From contig NC_068986.1 of NCBI RefSeq assembly GCF_001194135.2, forward strand, positions 82,304,446 to 82,341,373: a stretch of 36,928 nt of DNA, given 5' to 3'. The translations under genes and the position numbers were made by a program. This DNA comes from Octopus bimaculoides. Taxonomy: Eukaryota. Positions 22,148 through 33,595 of this stretch are shown here, piece after piece (the stretch's first letter is position 1; each line of letters opens with the position of its first letter). The notes beneath the pieces were generated by a model. The model made no database searches. It worked only from the letters and a program-made list of their open reading frames with translations, and was not told the origin of the DNA.

Positions 22148-22334
22148 GCAAAAGAAACGAAATCAAAATAATTATAGAATTATTATTGTCAATCTCCCAC
22201 CCATACTTGATCTTCAATAGACGAATCACAGTGAATAAGGAAATCTCTCGCAACGCTTTACTAACGATCAAAGGATCCCAATATCGAGTCAGTCTACTGA
22301 CTGTAAGAGCTATGGCATTATTCTAAACCCTCTA

Positions 22335-22541
22335 GGCAGCGAACTGGGAGAATCGTTAGCACGCTAGACGGAATGCTTAGCGGTATTTCGCTACGTTCTG
22401 AGTTCAAATTCCGCTGAGGTCGACTTTGCCTATTATCCTTCCGTGGTCGATAAATTAAGTACCAGTGAAACATTGTATCGGTGTATTCGACGAGTCCGCT
22501 CCCAACAAATTTCAGGCCTTGTGCCTATAGTAGAAAATATT
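22335..22541 (+). mobile_element. SINE family B, full length, tail AAATTTCAGGCCTTGTGCCTATAGTAGAAA
   Basis: The A-box-like GAACTGGGAGAATCG and the B box GAGTTCAAATTCC are present. The central part is GAGGTCGACTTTGCC...TCCTTCCGTGGTCGATAAATTAAGTACCAG. Confidence 0.9.
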
Positions 22542-22552
22542 CTAAACACTCT

Positions 22553-22773
22553 AAGACAGTGGGTAGGTAGAACCGTTAGCGAGTCAGACAAAATACTTAG
22601 CAGCATTTCCTCTGGCTCTTCATGTTCTGGGTTCAAATTCTTCCGAGGTCGACTTCGACTTTTATCCTTTCTAGGTAGATGAAATAAATGCCGATTGAAC
22701 ACTGCATCAACGTCATCGATTTAATCCCTCCATTAAAGTTGTTGGTTTTGTGCCAAAATTTGAAGCCATTATT
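22553..22773 (+). mobile_element. SINE family B, older copy in tandem, tail ...GTGCCAAAATTTGAAGCC
   Basis: AGAACCGTTAGC...AAATACTTAGCAGCATTTC...GGGTTCAAATTC...GAGGTCGACTT...ATCCTTTCTAGGT. The tail matches that of the copy at 4116. Confidence 0.8.
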
Positions 22774-22971
22774 CAAAGCACTTTACCATCAGCTTCATCA
22801 AAATTGTTTTTGTTTTGCAATTAATTTCTATTTTCTGTCAGTACTTTTGTCTTTTGCTGTCCCTGATGGCAGACCATTAACTTTCACTATATACTACATT
22901 TTATTTTGTTAAAAGCATTAAAATTCATTCAGAAATCAATGACCTAAAAGTAAACTTAGAAATTTTACACA

Positions 22972-23366
22972 GGCGCAGGCATGGTTGTGTGATTAAGGTG
23001 TTCGCCTTACAACCACATGGGTTTCAGGTTCAATTTCACTGCGCAACACCATAGGCAAAAGTCTAATACTATAACTTCGGGCTTACGCATGGCTTGTGAG
23101 TGGATTTGGTTGACGCTAACTGTGTTGAAGCCTGTAGTACATGTGTGTGTGTGTGTGTGTGTTCCTGTGTTTGTCCTCATCACTACTTGACAACCGGTGA
23201 TAGTTTGTATACGTTCTCTATAACTTAATGGTTCAGCAAAAGAGACCGATAGAGTAAATGCCAGGTTTAGCTTAAAAAATACAAGTGTCGATTTGTTCCA
23301 TTAAACCCTTCAAAGCTTTCTACCAACATGGCCGTAGTCCAATGACTGAAACAAGTAAAGTAAAAT
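22972..23366 (+). mobile_element. SINE family C (CORE-like), full span
   Basis: GGCGCAGGCATGGTTGTGTGATTAAG...CAACCACATGG...CAGGTTCAATT...CACCATAGGCAA...CTTGACAACCGG...CATGGCCGTAGTCCAATGACTGAAACAAGTAAA. Confidence 0.85.
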
Positions 23367-25083
23367 AACATAAAAGATATATCAATAACATTTTCTTACT
23401 CAACAATATTTCTATCAAAATTCTTTACAAAATGCCTGATTCATTTAGATTCTTTGCACTACAAAGAAAGCACGTAGGATTTAGAAAAGAGTACAAATTT
23501 ACAAAGATGTGTAATATCGACATTTCTCTAATTCATTGATGAGATTGTTCTTTTATGTCTGCAGATATAAACTATTTTCTCTCTGCTCAGGGTCTATACG
23601 GATGCCCTATATTTTCACTACAGAAATTTCCTACGCTAAGGAGAAACATATGTGCTGTAGGTATTTCGCTGAATAATGAATGAAGCGGCAAAGTTAGCTG
23701 ATACTCAATTATTTCTTCTTCTGTTATTCTTGTGTACTTTTACACTTTGTACCATCACCTACTTTCCTCTACCAGATTTTCTCTATTGCAGACATTCACG
23801 GTAGGAGGCGATGGGGGGGGGAGATGGAAAAGTGATATTTTTAATATATTTTTCCTTATTTGTTTGTTTTGTTTTCGTTTTTAGTCTTTTCATTTAATTG
23901 CAAAGCAAAAAGAAAAACAAAAAGGAACAAAAAATGAATAAAGAAAGAAAGAAAATGAAAAAAAAAAAGCCGAAACCAAACATGTCTTCTAGAATTTCAC
24001 ACAATAAATCCTGCATTTTGAGTTTTCCGCCGGTTTGTTTGACATAGACTGAAAGGGTGGGTTGGAGTCGGAGGGAAGGAATTAAATCGCAGTGGTGTGA
24101 TCTAGGGAGAGTTGAAAAACTGTGAGGGGGTNNNNNNNNNNNNNNNNNNNNNNNNNNNNNNNNNNNNNNNNNNNNNNNNNNNNNNNNNNNNNNNNNNNNN
24201 NNNNNNNNNNNNNNNNNNNNNNNNNNNNNNNNNNNNNNNNNNNNNNNNNNNNNNNNNNNNNNNNNNNNNNNNNNNNNNNNNNNNNNNNNNNNNNNNNNNN
24301 NNNNNNNNNNNNNNNNNNNNNNNNNNNNNNNNNNNNNNNNNNNNNNNNNNNNNNNNNNNNNNNNNNNNNNNNNNNNNNNNNNNNNNNNNNNNNNNNNNNN
24401 NNNNNNNNNNNNNNNNNNNNNNNNNNNNNNNNNNNNNNNNNNNNNNNNNNNNNNNNNNNNNNNNNNNNNNNNNNNNNNNNNNNNNNNNNNNNNNNNNNNN
24501 NNNNNNNNNNNNNNNNNNNNNNNNNNNNNNNNNNNNNNNNNNNNNNNNNNNNNNNNNNNNNNNNNNNNNNNNNNNNNNNNNNNNNNNNNNNNNNNNNNNN
24601 NNNNNNNNNNNNNNNNNNNNNNNNNNNNNNNNNNNNNNNNNNNNNNNNNNNNNNNNNNNNNNNNNNNNNNNNNNNNNNNNNNNNNNNNNNNNNNNNNNNN
24701 NNNNNNNNNNNNNNNNNNNNNNNNNNNNNNNNNNNNNNNNNNNNNNNNNNNNNNNNNNNNNNNNNNNNNNNNNNNNNNNNNNNNNNNNNNNNNNNNNNNN
24801 NNNNNNNNNNNNNNNNNNNNNNNNNNNNNNNNNNNNNNNNNNNNNNNNNNNNNNNNNNNNNNNNNNNNNNNNNNNNNNNNNNNNNNNNNNNNNNNNNNNN
24901 NNNNNNNNNNNNNNNNNNNNNNNNNNNNNNNNNNNNNNNNNNNNNNNNNNNNNNNNNNNNNNNNNNNNNNNNNNNNNNNNNNNNNNNNNNNNNNNNNNNN
25001 NNNNNNNNNNNNNNNNAGAGTGAGAGAGAGAGAAACATACATACATACATACATACAGACAGACAGAGACAAACATTGTGGTA

Positions 25084-25114
<31 letters not shown>

Positions 25115-26208
25115 AGGAGAAAGTAGGCCAAATTAAAGACGAGGCGTTGTCCATCAAAGCAGTACAATAGTTTGAGCGTTTATGTGTTGCATTTCTATAC
25201 GACGCTATTATTTCCTATTATAATATTCGGCGCCTTTGTTCCGTATTTTGAAATATGTGTCTTGTCTTCTCTGTAAGAATAGATATCAACTTAATCCTAA
25301 ACATAATGTGACATGGGTCAATGAGGATCATACTTAAGATGTCTGAGAAGTTGTAAGAGTATTTTATGGTCAAAGTGAAAACATAAGACTTATGAAAGAG
25401 TTACAAAAGAAACGGTGTATGTCTCTCTNNNNNNNNNNNNNNNNNNNNNNNNNNNNNNNNNNNNNNNNNNNNNNNNNNNNNNNNNNNNNNNNNNNNNNNN
25501 NNNNNNNNNNNNNNNNNNNNNNNNNNNNATATGTATGTATATTCATATTCATGCACACACGCACGCACATATTCAGAAACGATAAAGTTTGCGATACTGT
25601 TCTACATCCCTCAGATTTATTGAAAGTCATACATATGTGAAACTGGTTAAGTGTATAAATAAATCTTTTCAATATCTTTTATTTCCTTTATGCTCCTACG
25701 TGTATGGCTTAGTCTGTGTGTGTGTGTTTGAGGTTTTTATAGTCACGCGTCTATATGCATGCGGGTGTTTTCATGCTCATGGAAAATCAATACAACAAAG
25801 CGTTTGATCATTTGCCTATAATCTTCTCTGGTCATTGCCCTAACAGTGAATTGTGTGCGTGTGTGCGTGCGTGTGCGCGCGCGCGTGTGTGATAAATGTA
25901 TACAATGTTCTGAGTAAATATCTTCTAACATGTCTAACAGTGACGATTGAGATTATGCTCTTCTTTATAACATCTGACTTCCAAATTTTGGTAAATTAGA
26001 AATATATTTAAATTCTAAGGTTTAACAGATTCTCTCAGTTGCCGCTATGACTGTGTTGATATTATCTATTAAATAAATCTATTAAAATATTTATCTGTTG
26101 AAATAAAAACTTCGTCTCGGCACTCTACTAATTCTGCCAATATACTGCCGTTAATGTAACAACAACAACAACAACAGCAACAACGATGATGATGATGATG
26201 ATGATAAC

Positions 26209-26209
<1 letters not shown>

Positions 26210-26260
<51 letters not shown>

Positions 26261-26706
26261 GACCTGATGCAGTACTAGGCAATGATTCTCATGGTTCCTG
26301 ATCTTAACTGATCGGAAGTGTTATTATGTACATTGTTTTGTCTTGGTATAAAAGATGGATGGGCTGCAGCAAATATTGTGATCAATACCGCAGACTTGCT
26401 TGTTAGTTGTTTGACCTTCAGCAGTTGAGCATGTTCTTTAGTGGCTGACGATATGAGCATCTCTGATCACGAGCAAGTGTAGTCATGGAGAACCATAGTC
26501 ATGTGTTGAGAGGAATTCTTTGGGGGGTCTTAATAATCCACCTTTGGAAGCGTTGGGGTTTCGTTTATCATTCTTAAACAAACACGTAATTCTATTGAGC
26601 ACAAAAGGATTAAAAGCAAAGTTAACCTCGGTAGGATTTAAACTCACGAAGTAGAGCGAAACAAATGCCGAAAGACATTTTCTCGACGCAACACATGCCA
26701 ATCCAC
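26210..26706 (-). mobile_element. Family B SINE head (26706-26580) joined to a ~320-nt unrelated body with a (TTA)n tail
   Basis: The head reverse complement is AAAATGTCTTTCGGCATTTG...GTGAGTTTAAATCCTACCGAGGTTAACTTTGCTTTTAATCCTTT. The body ends ...GTACTGCATCAGGTCATTTATTATTATT. Confidence 0.6.
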
Positions 26707-26749
26707 TAATAATGATAGTAGCAGCAGCAGCAGTAGCAGTAGCAGCAGC

Positions 26750-26819
<70 letters not shown>

Positions 26820-26989
26820 ACAGTGCGGTTATCAGAAGGTAGAGTATTTGTGAGAGACAAAATAGAACAATGAAATGCAATGTCTTTCACATTGGTAATC
26901 GATACAAGTGAAAGACAAGTTTGAGATCAATAAATGACATAAGTCGTTGTCCGCTTTGCCAAATTTCCTGATTGTTTCTGTCATTTAAC

Positions 26990-27105
26990 GGATTCGTGAC
27001 GTCAACTTAGTTTGACCAATCAGTGTTGAGACGTCGAGAAATGGAAAAATAGATCAGCAGAGAGGTTGCAGAGGTGGATTGGCCTCCGCCATTAATGTAT
27101 AAAGT
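26990..27105 (+). promoter_or_regulatory. Candidate cis-regulatory cluster: CRE, two CCAAT boxes and a TATA-like element
   Basis: TGACGTCA at 26997-27004, GACCAATCAG at 27014-27023, a reverse CCAAT (GATTGGC) at 27077-27083 and TATAAAG at 27098-27104. This is motif evidence only. Confidence 0.3.
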
Positions 27106-27733
27106 AATTGAAGCATAGCTCAGAAAGACAGTTAGACAGGCAAATAGACAGATAGACAGACAGACAGACAGACTGAGAGGTACGAGGTAGATAGAGAAAT
27201 AGATAGACAGACAGACAGACAGACAGGCAGACAGGCAGACAGACAAGCAATTTATCATATAGACGATCTGACAACAGATAACATGAACAGATAAACGTAT
27301 ATCGTGTGAAAAATCTGTTACGGATATCTTACAAGTCTCACCTCTATATCTCACTTCGACATGTTTTCTCAAATCTCCTTCATATACAATTTTATCCTCC
27401 TTCTTTCTTATCGCCTTTGATCAAACCCTTTAAACAAGCTCTCTCTCATATCCTATATCTCNNNNNNNNNNNNNNNNNNNNNNNNNNNNNNNNNNNNNNN
27501 NNNNNNNNNNNNNNNNNNNNNNNNNNNNNNNNNNNNNNNNNNNNNNNNNNNNNNNNNNNNNNNNNNNNNNNNNNNNNNNNNNNNNNNNNNNNNNNNNNNN
27601 NNNNNNNNNNNNNNNNNNNNNNNNNNNNNNNNNNNNNNNNNNNNNNNNNNNNNNNNNNNNNNNNNNNNNNNNNNNNNNNNNNNNNNNNNNNNNNNNNNNN
27701 NNNNNNNNNNNNNNNNNNNNNNNNNNNNNNNNN

Positions 27734-27766
<33 letters not shown>

Positions 27767-27970
27767 TGTATGTATGTATGTATACTCTCTCACACACACA
27801 CACGCACGCACACACACTAACATATATAAAGGTAGAGTGATAGTCAGCTAGATAGACACAGAAAGAGAGAGAGAGGGAGACTTATGTGCATACGTACACG
27901 CCTATATGAATTGATATATACACATTTATATATATATATTTGTATGTATGTATGTATGTATGTATGTATG

Positions 27971-27999
<29 letters not shown>

Positions 28000-28004
<5 letters not shown>

Positions 28005-29330
28005 TGGGATTGCAGCTGCCCATTCACCTGGAGTTGCCCAGCCAACGTTGAGATCAATCTATGGTGTTGCTAAGAAACAGATTCAGTCGATTCATAATGT
28101 TTGGAAGCCGCCGTCAAATGGAAAGTAGTGCCACACCAAGTAATTGTCGTCAATGTGGGAAGCTAACTCTACTACAATGCAAGGGAGTGCACTCTGGTTT
28201 GACCATTTTGTATCAGGGAGAATTTCATTGCCCGGTAACTGAAGATGTTGAATTACAGGTTTTGCACAAAATTTGTGGATTTTACGAGTTTTCCATGAAA
28301 GTAATTCTTGACAAGAAAGTATTGTTTATGCTATCTCGGATCTTCAGTTCAGCAATAGTGGTGTCGGTTCTATGATATGTAACAAAGTTGAATCTGAAAT
28401 TTCTGACCCAGTTATTGTTTGAGATTTCCTTGTTCACAATGTTGTAGGTTATAGGAACACGTTTGATTCCACAATCTATAAATATTTAAAGAATTTTGCG
28501 TAAAGTTTGGCTCCACTCTGTCTCTCAGTCTAAATGAATGCTTTTTTTTTTTTTGATAGTAATGTATCTTAAAAATCAGAATAACACAATCCAGAAAATT
28601 TGTAGATTCTGAACTTTCTGAAGTTTTAAGCTGGATGCTGAGATAAAGTCCATCTAAATAAATGTCTAAGATGAGGGTGTGTTACTGCCGCTCGCACATT
28701 TGTGATGTATAAGCATGTTTTGCTAATGGGACGGGTATTCGTTTACAATTTGGTTAGTGTATTTATGTTCTATGGTAGATTGAACGGACTTATTTTTTCC
28801 ACAACAGATCTTGTGAGGATGTTTCTGAATATATTCATTGTGTAGTGGTTTCTGTCACAGAAAATTGTCTAAACACACATCTTTACAGTTTGAAACTTGT
28901 GAGACCTCATCAATTGAGAATTTATAGAAAGAAAATTTCCACCATATGTGAATTTCCATTCCATCGTAACTTCCCATAGTAACGTAAGAATCGTTATAAT
29001 ATAAGTGCGACTTTCTAACAGTCATTACGATCAGGTGTGGAAATAAATAGTGGTGAATATTCTCCAGAATTCCAGAGTTTTGGGGAAAATATATTTAGAA
29101 AGAGATGAGAAGACATCATTATTTAATCTGAATAATGCTTTTTTTCTATTGAGAACATTCTGAAGAATTTTTTTTTCTAATGACGGCAGTGCGATTCTAT
29201 CGCACGATGCATTTGCTGATTAAACCCAATTCAGTTTTAGAGAAGTTTATTAACCTGCACCAAGAATGCGGTTGTGCAGTTGCCGAGATGTTTCACGTGA
29301 TCTTGTATTTTTAGTCAGGAGGTTGGTTCT
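28000..29330 (-). mobile_element. Probable degenerate RLE-type non-LTR retrotransposon, 3' part
   Basis: Minus-strand pieces DHVKHLG (like YKYLG), CKTC, IQHL and ILPDTKWSNQSALPCIVVELASHIDDN, which resembles the PD-(D/E)xK-type RPD+++....+++ELT.P.E.N motif. There are many stops and apparent deletions. Confidence 0.5.
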
Positions 29331-29725
29331 ATCTTTATGGCGTTGCTGCTGTTGGGTCTAGTACTTTATATTTTCATGATGTTATTTAACAACGGTTTAA
29401 GGTGTATCACGCTATTTATTTGCACATAAATATAATATGAATATTTATATATTTTTTGATTTGTCTGCAAGTACATAAATGTTGAGGAATTGGTTGGAGT
29501 CATTGATAATAGCAGAAAAAGAAAAAGAAGATTAATTTTGTTCAGTTCAGTATTCAATATAATGCGCCGACATAACCATTTAGTCTTTATTAAGATCATG
29601 AGCCGCATAAATATCCTAAAATTTTAAGCACCAATGACATAAAAATGTCTTGATATCATCGTTTTACAATCACCTTTAGCGCTAACCTACCAAAAACTAA
29701 TGTTTTATACATTTATTATATATAA

Positions 29726-29936
29726 TTTTTTCTACTCTAGGCACAAGGCCCGAAATTTTTGGGGAGGAGGTTTGTCGATTAGATAGACCAGTACGCAACT
29801 GGTACTTAATTTATAGACCTCGAAAAAATGGAAGGCAAAGTCGACCACGGCGGAATTTGAACACAGAACGTGAAGACAGACGAAATACCGCAAAACATTT
29901 CGCACGGCGTGCTAACGTTTCTGCCAGCTCGCCGCC
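29726..29936 (-). mobile_element. SINE family B, full length, tail AAATTTCGGGCCTTGTGCCTAGAGTAGAAA
   Basis: Reverse complement: GGCGGCGAGCTGGCAGAAACGTTAGCACGCC...GTTCAAATTCCGCCGTGGTCGACTTTGCC...TAAGTACCAG. Confidence 0.9.
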
Positions 29937-30769
29937 TTAAACAACTATGCGATATTAACCATAAATATACCTAAGGTTCGATGCAATCACCATATACTGT
30001 CATTTAGATCAACGGATAGAGTGAGCTCCATCTCTGTCAAAATTCGTTTCAGATTACGTGAGAACAGATTCAAACGTGTCACCATAACACCCTAGAACAT
30101 AGTGGACAAAACAACCCAATATAATAACCATGCTAGGATTTGCAGATTGTACTTATTTCCACATTCTGAAAACAGTCACTGAGATTGTTGAACAGAAGAT
30201 TCGAGATTTTGTCTGGTTTGCTACTACAGGTTATTCTCTTATTTTTGGATTTGCAAAAAAATTTCGAAATACCTAGAATTCTAAAAAGAAAACAAATCGA
30301 CCTTTCCCACCACTTCATTCAAGCAAGAGTGCATTGAATCAGAATTAACTTCTAGTGCTAACAAAATGCACAAGGATGACACCAGCTAGAATTTAACTGT
30401 TTCCGAACAATCATAATTGAAGCAATTGAAGTGTCATTGACAACATGAATGAATCGTTAGTTACTTCCCAATAAATATTAACTTAAAAATAAATACTGAC
30501 TTCTCTTTCGTTCGTAATAAACTTGAACACACATACATAGACGTAGGCATAATATTGAATCAAACACAATCATATCTTTTAAAACACGTTGAATGAAAAT
30601 TTATTCACTATTTGCACAAATTTATGTGTAGTTGTATCGTTGTATATGTTTGGGCCTGTTGGTATGAGTGTGTGTAACGGCATCGGTGAGTTTGAAAGTG
30701 AGTCTGTATTTGCTATTTCGGATTTTAAGACTTCCTAGTTTAACCTCTGTCACCGCCATATTTGACTCT

Positions 30770-30848
30770 CTTTCTCTCTTGTTCTCTGTTTGTCCCTCTC
30801 CCTCTCTCTGTCTCTGTTTCTCTCTCTGTCTCTGTCTCTGTCTGTCTG

Positions 30849-30889
<41 letters not shown>

Positions 30890-31205
30890 ACACTTACACA
30901 TACGTGTATATATATATACTAAATTGAGTACATATAACATACACAAATATTTACATATAGATATGTATGCAAGTATACATATATATACATATTTATACAC
31001 ACACATCTACATACATACATACATACATACATTTCATACACAAATACATAGATACATACACACACATGTGCGCACACTCATACATACAGACATATATAAC
31101 ATACGCCCACACGCACACATACATACATAGATACATACATACATACATACATACATACATACATACATGCATGCATGCATACATACATACATACATACAT
31201 ACATA
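30770..31205. repeat. (CT)/(TCTG)/(CATA) compound microsatellite field
   Basis: Direct reading. Confidence 0.95.
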
Positions 31206-31427
31206 CTGTACATGAATTTTCACGTGTAACTACCACAGATATGACGTCTACCTTCCTTATTTGGATTGAGCTCTGAAATGGTTTTTAAAACAAACGAAAA
31301 GCAAAGCAAGCTACACGACAAAATGGCAACTAGTGAAGGAAGTTTTTAGTATAATCATATATCTTCGAAAGACACATGACCCACAAAAATACATCACACA
31401 CGCATGCGCCCGTGCACNNNNNNNNNN

Positions 31428-31641
31428 ATCGTTAGCACGCCGGGCGAAATGCTTAGCGGTATTTCGTCTGCCGCTACGTTCTGAGTTCAAATTCCGCCGA
31501 GGTCGACTTTGCCTTTCATCCTTTCGGGGTCGATTAAATAAGTACCAGTTACGCATTGGGGTCGATGTAATCGACTTAATCTGTTTGTCTGCACTTGTTT
31601 GTCCCTTCTGTGTGTAGCCCCTTGTGGGTAGTAAAAAAATA
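31428..31641 (+). mobile_element. SINE family B with a distinct tail (...TTTGTCTGCACTTGTTTGTCCC...CCCCTTGTGGGTAGTAAAAAAATA)
   Basis: The head is nearly identical to 22335 and 29726 up to AATCGACTTAATC, then the sequence diverges completely. Confidence 0.9.
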
Positions 31642-31661
31642 ACACACACATACACATGACT

Positions 31662-31899
31662 TTGTATGTATGCATGCATGTATGTATGCATGCATGTATG
31701 TATGCATGCATGTATGTATGCATGCATGTATGTATGTATGTATGTATGTATGGATGCATGCATGTATGTATGAATGTATGCATGCATGTATGCATGCATG
31801 TATGTATGTATACTTCCACACACACACATACATATATACACATATATTCGTAAATGCACTCACACTCTGTCTCACACGCCACTATCTCTCTCTCTCTCT

Positions 31900-31937
<38 letters not shown>

Positions 31938-32930
31938 NNNNNNNNNNNNNNNNNNNNNNNNNNNNNNNNNNNNNNNNNNNNNNNNNNNNNNNNNNNNNNN
32001 NNNNNNNNNNNNNNNNNNNNNNNNNNNNNNNNNNNNNNNNNNNNNNNNNNNNNNNNNNNNNNNNNNNNNNNNNNNNNNNNNNNNNNNNNNNNNNNNNNNN
32101 NNNNNNNNNNNNNNNNNNNNNNNNNNNNNNNNNNNNNNNNNNNNNNNNNNNNNNNNNNNNNNNNNNNNNNNNNNNNNNNNNNNNNNNNNNNNNNNNNNNN
32201 NNNNNNNNNNNNNNNNNNNNNNNNNNNNNNNNNNNNNNNNNNNNNNNNNNNNNNNNNNNNNNNNNNNNNNNNNNNNNNNNNNNNNNNNNNNNNNNNNNNN
32301 NNNNNNNNNNNNNNNNNNNNNNNNNNNNNNNNNNNNNNNNNNNNNNNNNNNNNNNNNNNNNNNNNNNNNNNNNNNNNNNNNNNNNNNNNNNNNNNNNNNN
32401 NNNNNNNNNNNNNNNNNNNNNNNNNNNNNNNNNNNNNNNNNNNNNNNNNNNNNNNNNNNNNNNNNNNNNNNNNNNNNNNNNNNNNNNNNNNNNNNNNNNN
32501 NNNNNNNNNNNNNNNNNNNNNNNNNNNNNNNNNNNNNNNNNNNNNNNNNNNNNNNNNNNNNNNNNNNNNNNNNNNNNNNNNNNNNNNNNNNNNNNNNNNN
32601 NNNNNNNNNNNNNNNNNNNNNNNNNNNNNNNNNNNNNNNNNATATATATATATATATATATACATGTATACATATATGCATACATATGTATAATATATAC
32701 ATATATGCACATACATATATCTATGTATGTGAATGCGCGTGCATTCGTGTATGTGTGTGTATGTGTGCGTGCATTTGTGTGCATACGTATATACATACAA
32801 ATATATATATACATATATACATATATAGCCATATATGTATGTGTACGTATATATGTGTACGTGCATACACACACACTCACACAAGATAAAATTACATATG
32901 TCTATGTTTATGTGTGTATATATATTTATT
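31662..32930. repeat. (TATG/CATG), (CT), (TA), (TG)/(CA) microsatellite field around a 704-N gap
   Basis: Direct reading. Confidence 0.95.
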
Positions 32931-33046
32931 TGTGAATGTTTGTCTGTCTTGTATTTTTTCAGTATTTTTGTAACAGTGGAAATATATTTCCCAACTGAAA
33001 TCAGATGCCATCGTCGTCGTATTCATGTCTTTCTTGATGCTGTTGA

Positions 33047-33081
<35 letters not shown>

Positions 33082-33271
33082 CTGTTGTTATTGCTGCTGT
33101 CAGTTGTTTAAATTTGTTGTTATTATCGTTTTCCTATCAGTTTATTTCTTGTTTGTGTTTTCCTCTCTTTCACCAATGATGTGTTTACCCAAGTTTAATT
33201 AATCTGACATCTCCCTATAATTCCAACTTAGCTTCTCTGTTTACCAATCTCAACTGAATCATCCCCCACCA

Positions 33272-33313
<42 letters not shown>

Positions 33314-33394
33314 CACTTCTTTCTCTCCACAACAGACAAATTTAATCCGGCAATCTACCATTTCTTAGAGATAACCTCCTGTACATACTCGGTT

Positions 33395-33595
33395 TGACAG
33401 AAATAGCAGTCAAATCTCCCTATATTGAAATCTTAGCAAACTAGAGGAGAACATCGTAATGAATAATGTGACTTTACTGCAACATGTCAACGAAAAAATT
33501 TAGCTGGTCACAATTGGAACGACTTTGATCTTAAACGTGTTCCACCAGGGCTGACTCGAGGTTAAACAACAGCAGCAACAGCAACATCAACAACA
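33395..33595 (+). mobile_element. Family D copy with an (AAC/AGC) tail
   Basis: AGAAATAGCAGTCAAATCTCCCT...GCTGGTCACAATTGGAACGACTTTGATCTT...CAGGGCTGACTCGAGGTTAAACAACAGC. Confidence 0.65.

Larger units (their letters stand above)
3639..32641. other. Assembly gaps (N runs), mostly flanked by microsatellites
   Basis: N runs start at 3639, 5798, 8726, 12209, 13022, 16028, 21805, 24132, 25429, 27462, 31418 and 31938. This entry spans from the first gap to the last and is not one continuous feature. Confidence 1.

Noticed and set aside
22180-22326. Possible plus-strand CR1 3' fragment (SLLTVRAMALF)
   Set aside because: The resemblance to the CR1 C-terminal NS...RG..LFN motif is too weak to support without a profile search.
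23775-23806. Possible 9-nt microexon (ctctattgcag|ACATTCACG|gtagga)
   Set aside because: The donor is weak and no neighbouring exons were found. Such matches arise by chance, and spliced reads would be needed.
30124-30277. Short plus-strand frame MLGFADCTYFHILK...
   Set aside because: It is about 50 codons with no recognisable domain or clear exon boundaries.
3532-32935. Long ORFs containing X runs (e.g. 23894-25072, 31487-32884)
   Set aside because: They stay open only because N gaps contain no stop codons, and their ends are microsatellite translations.
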